Shown here in pieces: positions 59,738 to 64,000 of a DNA stretch of 64,000 nt; positions within the stretch are counted from its first letter, which is position 1; each line of letters begins with the position of its first letter. Below the pieces are notes generated by a model. That model saw nothing but the letters and a program-made list of their open reading frames with translations. It searched no databases and was not told the origin of the DNA. The DNA lies in IMG/VR virus record IMGVR_UViG_3300017761_005873, positions 65,261 to 129,260 of that record. One strand, written 5' to 3'. The stretch comes from a virus. Both the position numbers and the translations under genes were made by a program.

Positions 59738-60550
59738 TTAATAACCACTTTTTATAAGGGTTGTATTTCTTGGTCCTTTACTTACATCAAGACTAGAATT
59801 ATTTCTTCCTATTAATATTTTAAAAAGGAATTTTTTTAATATATCATCACTCATTGTTACATTTTTAATAGGTAAAACTACATCTGAACCAAATGCAGAC
59901 TTTAATCTTTGTAAAAACAATTTAAATCCTTTTTCTTCACCTTGATATCCACTTGGTACTTGGAAAATACCCCTAACATTTTTACCACCAAATCTAGAAG
60001 AATCAATAATCATTTGTGAAAATTGGTTTCTTAAATCATTGATTACTTCAGGTGTAATTATATCACCAATACCTTGATTTATTAAATCAGGTCTTTGACC
60101 AATATTTCTATTATCAATAAGATTTCTAAGTCTTTCTACATTATTATAATCAATATTTAATTGAATTGCTGAATCTATAAACTTAGATTGATTAAAAATA
60201 GTTTCCATTATATCATCTACTTGTTCAGCATTTTTAAAATTAATCGAATTACTATCAACCATTAATTTTTCTTTACTATACGAAGATGGAAAATTCCATT
60301 TACCTTTTGGTTCTACATCTTGCGCCATACTTGATGTTGATAACCCTCCTGCTAATGCAGCACCAAGTCCTAATTTTTTAAAATCGATTTCATTTAAATT
60401 TGATTCTTCCCTTAACATCTTTCTGATTTCAGACCTAAGTTGGCTTTCCGTAATCCTAACAGTTTTTTTCTTTTCGAAATTATTCTGCTCTTCCTTAATA
60501 ATATTTTTTACTAAAGATTTAAACTGATTTAAATTAATTTTTTTTCTCAT
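59738..60550 (-). CDS. putative head-packaged protein with double leader and internal signal-peptide-like segment
   Basis: Late motif at 60564-60571; FKSLVKNIIKEE...ITESQLRSEIRKMLREESNLNE then IDFKKLGLGAALAGGLSTSSMA-Q. Confidence 0.6.
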   Translation of the reverse strand: MRKKINLNQFKSLVKNIIKEEQNNFEKKKTVRITESQLRSEIRKMLREESNLNEIDFKKLGLGAALAGGLSTSSMAQDVEPKGKWNFPSSYSKEKLMVDSNSINFKNAEQVDDIMETIFNQSKFIDSAIQLNIDYNNVERLRNLIDNRNIGQRPDLINQGIGDIITPEVINDLRNQFSQMIIDSSRFGGKNVRGIFQVPSGYQGEEKGFKLFLQRLKSAFGSDVVLPIKNVTMSDDILKKFLFKILIGRNNSSLDVSKGPRNTTLIKSGY

Positions 60551-60604
60551 AATTATTTTTTTATAAGTAGTTATTTTTATAAAAAAACGTATTATATTTA
60601 GAAT

Positions 60605-60904
60605 ATGAAAATCATTAATTCAGAAGAATTTAAAAACGCAATCAATGAAGATTGTGTTATCGCATTTTCAACCACTTGGTGTGGTCCTTGTAAAATGTTA
60701 GCACCTACTCTTGAAACTATTACTGAAGTTCCTGTATATAAAGTTGATGCTGATACCGAAGCACAACTTTGTATTGAATATGGTATTAGGTCAGTTCCAA
60801 CAATTATTTCCTTTAAGGAAGGAAAAGAATATAAAAGGTTATTGGGAAATCAAACCAAACCTAGACTTTTAGAAATGCTAGATTATGAATTGCCAAATAA
60901 TTAA
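60605..60904 (+). CDS. trxA: thioredoxin
   Basis: WCGPC, KVDAD, IRSVPT; TATATTTA at 60593-60600. Confidence 0.92.
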   Translation: MKIINSEEFKNAINEDCVIAFSTTWCGPCKMLAPTLETITEVPVYKVDADTEAQLCIEYGIRSVPTIISFKEGKEYKRLLGNQTKPRLLEMLDYELPNN

Positions 60905-61013
60905 CTTAGTTAAAGAAAAAGGACAAATTATTGGTGTCCTTATCCAAGTTGAGAATGGAGATACACAATACTTAACAATAGAAGAACATAATAAATATCA
61001 AAATGGCAAATAA
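60885..61013 (+). CDS. 42-aa microprotein (not in ORF track)
   Basis: MNCQIINLVKEKGQIIGVLIQVENGDTQYLTIEEHNKYQNGK*, overlapping both neighbours. Confidence 0.45.
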   Translation: MNCQIINLVKEKGQIIGVLIQVENGDTQYLTIEEHNKYQNGK

Positions 61014-61584
61014 TTGTTATAATATTATCACCGTTGAAGGTGATATCGAAATCCTTAATAAAATTAGAGATATACTCACACCTTTAACTCAAACTGGTTT
61101 GAATTATGAAAACTATAAAGAAATCTTTAATGGTGAACAAGTCTTTATTGATTCTTATGAAGACTACGATTTTAGAGAAGAACATCCTAAATGGTTTACT
61201 CCCGAAGAACCTTTTATTAGTGAAGGTCAATTAATTATTCAAGGTGATTCAGCTTGGAGTCCTGTTACTGAACTTACTGGTATAATTAGTCATGTCTATA
61301 AAGTTTTTGCAAGAATCACTTATGAAGAACAAGGTATGAACTTTGCAGGTGAACAAATATATAATGAAGATGGTGTTTGTATACTTGATGATGAATGCAC
61401 TTATTGGGAATGGCAATTTAAAGAAGGTAACTTCTATGATGAATTTGACTTTAGTGCAGAATATATCGAAAACCTTGATGAATTCCTAGATGATAATAAC
61501 CTTACCGATAAAGTTGATATGGATAAGGTAATGGAAATTTGGAAACAATATCATAGCCAAGAAGAAGATGATACGAATGTTTAA
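61003..61584 (+). CDS. YubB/DUF1281-like ferredoxin-fold protein
   Basis: MANNCYN, DSAWSP, YEEQGMNFAG. Confidence 0.65.
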   Translation: MANNCYNIITVEGDIEILNKIRDILTPLTQTGLNYENYKEIFNGEQVFIDSYEDYDFREEHPKWFTPEEPFISEGQLIIQGDSAWSPVTELTGIISHVYKVFARITYEEQGMNFAGEQIYNEDGVCILDDECTYWEWQFKEGNFYDEFDFSAEYIENLDEFLDDNNLTDKVDMDKVMEIWKQYHSQEEDDTNV

Positions 61585-61720
61585 ATTTTTTTATGAACAT
61601 GAATGGAATCCTTATAGAGGAGAATATAAAAGACTTAACAAAACAAAAATACTATTGATAATTTCAATAATAAATTTTATTGTATCTTTAATCAATCTCT
61701 ATCTTCATCTAACTAATTAA
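61568..61720 (+). CDS. 50-aa protein with C-terminal TM (not in ORF track)
   Basis: MIRMFKFFYEHEWNPYRGEYKRLNKTKILLIISIINFIVSLINLYLHLTN*. Confidence 0.4.
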   Translation: MIRMFKFFYEHEWNPYRGEYKRLNKTKILLIISIINFIVSLINLYLHLTN

Positions 61721-61728
61721 ATAGAATT

Positions 61729-62547
61729 ATGTATAATACCCTAGACTATCACCAATCGGTGAACAAACTAAGAACATTCTTCCAAAAGAAAAACTTCATT
61801 GAAGTACCAACACAATCAAGATTATCAATCTTAGCTGCTTGTGAAAACCCTCACTCAATAACACAATTTGAATATACAAATCAAATTTGGCCTCTACCGC
61901 AAACAGGTCAAATGTGGTTGGAATATGAACTTTTGAAAAACCCAACTTGGGATGGTGTATTTTGTGTATCCACATCTTACAGACAAGAAAAAAATCCAAT
62001 CCAAGGTAGACATGAACTTATCTTCCCAATGTTTGAATTTGAATCAAAAGGAACAATGAAAGATATGGTTCAATTAGAAGCTGAACTTCTAGAACATCTT
62101 GGATTTGATAAACCAATCGAAGTAAACTATGATGATGTCTGTCAAGAATATGGTGGAGTTGATATCCTTGAAAATGAACATGAAACAAAAATGTGGGAAG
62201 AAAAAGGTCCAGTAGTATCTTTGCAAAACTTTCCTCTAAGAACTAATCCATTTTGGAATATGCAACATAATGATAACGGAATTTTTAATAAAGTTGATGT
62301 TATCCTTTATGGTCAAGAAACAATCGGTTCTGCTGAAAGAAGTTGCAATGTGGAAAAAATGAGAGAAATGTTCTATACAATTGAGAATGGTAAATATAGT
62401 GAAAAACTATTTGAACTGTTTGGTAAAGATAGAGTAGAAAAAGAATTAGAAGATTTCTTTAAACATGACTTCTTTGAAAGATTCGGTGCAGGTATCGGTA
62501 TGACAAGAATGGCAAGGGCATTGAAACTTAATGGTTCTATTGATTAA
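61729..62547 (+). CDS. catalytic-domain-only class IIb aaRS paralog (AsnRS-like / asparagine-synthetase-like)
   Basis: LRTFF...FIEV (motif 1), SYRQE...GRH..IFPMFEFE (motif 2), ETIGSAER, RFGAGIGMTR (motif 3); no anticodon-binding OB fold. Confidence 0.8.
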   Translation: MYNTLDYHQSVNKLRTFFQKKNFIEVPTQSRLSILAACENPHSITQFEYTNQIWPLPQTGQMWLEYELLKNPTWDGVFCVSTSYRQEKNPIQGRHELIFPMFEFESKGTMKDMVQLEAELLEHLGFDKPIEVNYDDVCQEYGGVDILENEHETKMWEEKGPVVSLQNFPLRTNPFWNMQHNDNGIFNKVDVILYGQETIGSAERSCNVEKMREMFYTIENGKYSEKLFELFGKDRVEKELEDFFKHDFFERFGAGIGMTRMARALKLNGSID

Positions 62548-62643
62548 AAGCATTATAATTTATTATACTTTTTTTATTGGAATATTGATTTTATCAATGT
62601 CATCTTATATATTATTTTACGAATTACTTAAAAAGAAAAAAGA

Positions 62644-62961
62644 ATGCAACTAAAAGAATTAGAAAATCTACTAGAAAAGTATAAAGCATTTTCAGATAAA
62701 TTATCCGAACTACATGACCTAGGTTTTGATTTCTATGAAGGTAAATTTGAACTAATGTCAGATGTGGAAAAATTATTTGATATATCAATAGCATCACACT
62801 ATAATGAATATGGTAAAGATTGGATTAATTGGTTTATCTATGAAAATGATTATGGAAAAAGAAAACTAGAAGCATGGGATGAAAATAAAAATCTTATATG
62901 TCAAGATTTAAATTCATTGCATGAGTACATAGAAAAATATCATAAAAATGAAACTCTGTAA
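62644..62961 (+). CDS. hypothetical protein
   Basis: 105 aa; DWINWFIYENDYG motif. Confidence 0.6.
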   Translation: MQLKELENLLEKYKAFSDKLSELHDLGFDFYEGKFELMSDVEKLFDISIASHYNEYGKDWINWFIYENDYGKRKLEAWDENKNLICQDLNSLHEYIEKYHKNETL

Positions 62962-63172
62962 AAAATGTCTAGTATCAAAAGACTTATCCAATTTCACAAT
63001 TGATAAATCTAAAAAAGATAACCTAACAATCTATTGCAAAGATTGTCAAAAACTAATAAGAGAAGAAAATAAATCTAAATATAATTTCAATAAAGACTAC
63101 TATAAAAAAATAAATGATAACCGTAAAGATTATCATAAATTGTATTATCAAAAAAAGAAAAATATATTATAA
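62948..63172 (+). CDS. stand-alone CxxC...CxxC zinc-finger protein of the type that precedes phage HNH endonucleases
   Basis: CKKC...F..DKSKKDNL...CKDC followed by a basic helix; no nuclease domain. Confidence 0.6.
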   Translation: MKLCKKCLVSKDLSNFTIDKSKKDNLTIYCKDCQKLIREENKSKYNFNKDYYKKINDNRKDYHKLYYQKKKNIL

Positions 63173-63176
63173 TCTC

Positions 63177-64000
63177 TTACATCATCCTATTCTTTATATT
63201 TTTTAATTGATTATTTAACTTTGTTAAATTATCACGAACCATTTCATTAAATATATCTGATATCCTTTTCCATTCCTTTCCCGATGTACTACTAGTAGTA
63301 TTATATCTAGAAAGAAGATTTTCTGAATTAAGTTTACTCTTAAATTCATTTTCATTTAATAACCCATATGTTACTGCCATATTTATATCACCAGGTTGTA
63401 CTAAACCATAACTAATGTTTTTTAAAATCTCATCACTTATCATAATCTTTTTTTCTAACTGTTTTACATATTTTTCAAATTCCCCCTCATATGGAGCATA
63501 ATCCCTTGGCTTAAATGCTAAATCATTATCCTCATCACCCATGTTAACCTTATCATATACATCTGTATCACTCATCTCTCCACTCTGCATGTAATTTATA
63601 AACTGCTCACATATCCTCTTAAACTCTTTTGCATTTCTATTAAATCTATTTAACCTATAATAAAAACTCTCAACCTCATCCCTTGTTAAAAAATTCTTTA
63701 TAAACTCCTTTAACTCATTTCCCCTTTCCCTTATATCCTTTGAATTCCTCTTTAATTTAAACTTATTTGCCATATAACCCAATATCATACCATATAACCT
63801 TTCCATCTTTTTATTAAATGGTATGTTCTTTGACAAATCACCCACGTCACTTACCTTTAATCCCTGACTACTCCTAGCCTTTGATAATGATGATGGACTA
63901 TCTAAATTTATATCCCTGTATTTTGCCAAATCATTCATACTTCCATATGACCTGTTTATTGCCTCCTTTATTAATCCTCTTATAATATTTTTTATATTCA
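63177..64000 (-). CDS. putative head-packaged protein; frame is open to the window edge
   Basis: The frame upstream of ATG 63938 reads (xTG)NIKNIIRGLIKEAINRSYGS, so the start is probably at 64001 or beyond. Confidence 0.6.
   Translation of the reverse strand, partial: NIKNIIRGLIKEAINRSYGSMNDLAKYRDINLDSPSSLSKARSSQGLKVSDVGDLSKNIPFNKKMERLYGMILGYMANKFKLKRNSKDIRERGNELKEFIKNFLTRDEVESFYYRLNRFNRNAKEFKRICEQFINYMQSGEMSDTDVYDKVNMGDEDNDLAFKPRDYAPYEGEFEKYVKQLEKKIMISDEILKNISYGLVQPGDINMAVTYGLLNENEFKSKLNSENLLSRYNTTSSTSGKEWKRISDIFNEMVRDNLTKLNNQLKNIKNRMM

Noticed and set aside
62948-63172. Active homing endonuclease
   Set aside because: Only the zinc-finger segment is present; no HNH or GIY-YIG catalytic motif follows.

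Overview
This is a 64-kb, very AT-rich, gene-dense segment of a large T4-like myovirus (jumbo-phage scale). The host is most likely in Bacteroidota, judged from TTTG-N19/20-TAnnTTTG promoters, no obvious Shine-Dalgarno motifs and Gln(+1) signal peptides. It contains the head module (terminase, portal, gp21-type protease, acidic scaffold, gp23-type capsid), neck, sheath, tube and baseplate genes. It also has two sigma factors flanking a primase-like gene, PolB, RNR, ThyX, a GMP-reductase/IMPDH-family enzyme, MazG-like, PhoH, thioredoxin, two metallophosphoesterases, an M15 endolysin, a catalytic-only AsnRS-like protein and two tRNAs. Less ordinary signals read from the sequence: (1) a dispersed family of late-expressed proteins that share an amphipathic 'ITESQL..I.K.I.EE' leader and [ILVM]-x-E prohead-protease-type sites, including a three-module polyprotein ending in a nucleotidyltransferase and a protein whose signal peptide would only be exposed by cleavage; (2) a ~25-copy putative late promoter nCTAnTTA forming a graded series with the host -7 box; (3) a ~205-nt multi-helix RNA and an anticodon-less tRNA-like element behind the tRNAs; (4) a frameshifted Hsp20; (5) apparent GATC avoidance and a strong local C-over-G skew at the right end. 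All product calls rest on motif recognition by eye; no database searches were run.
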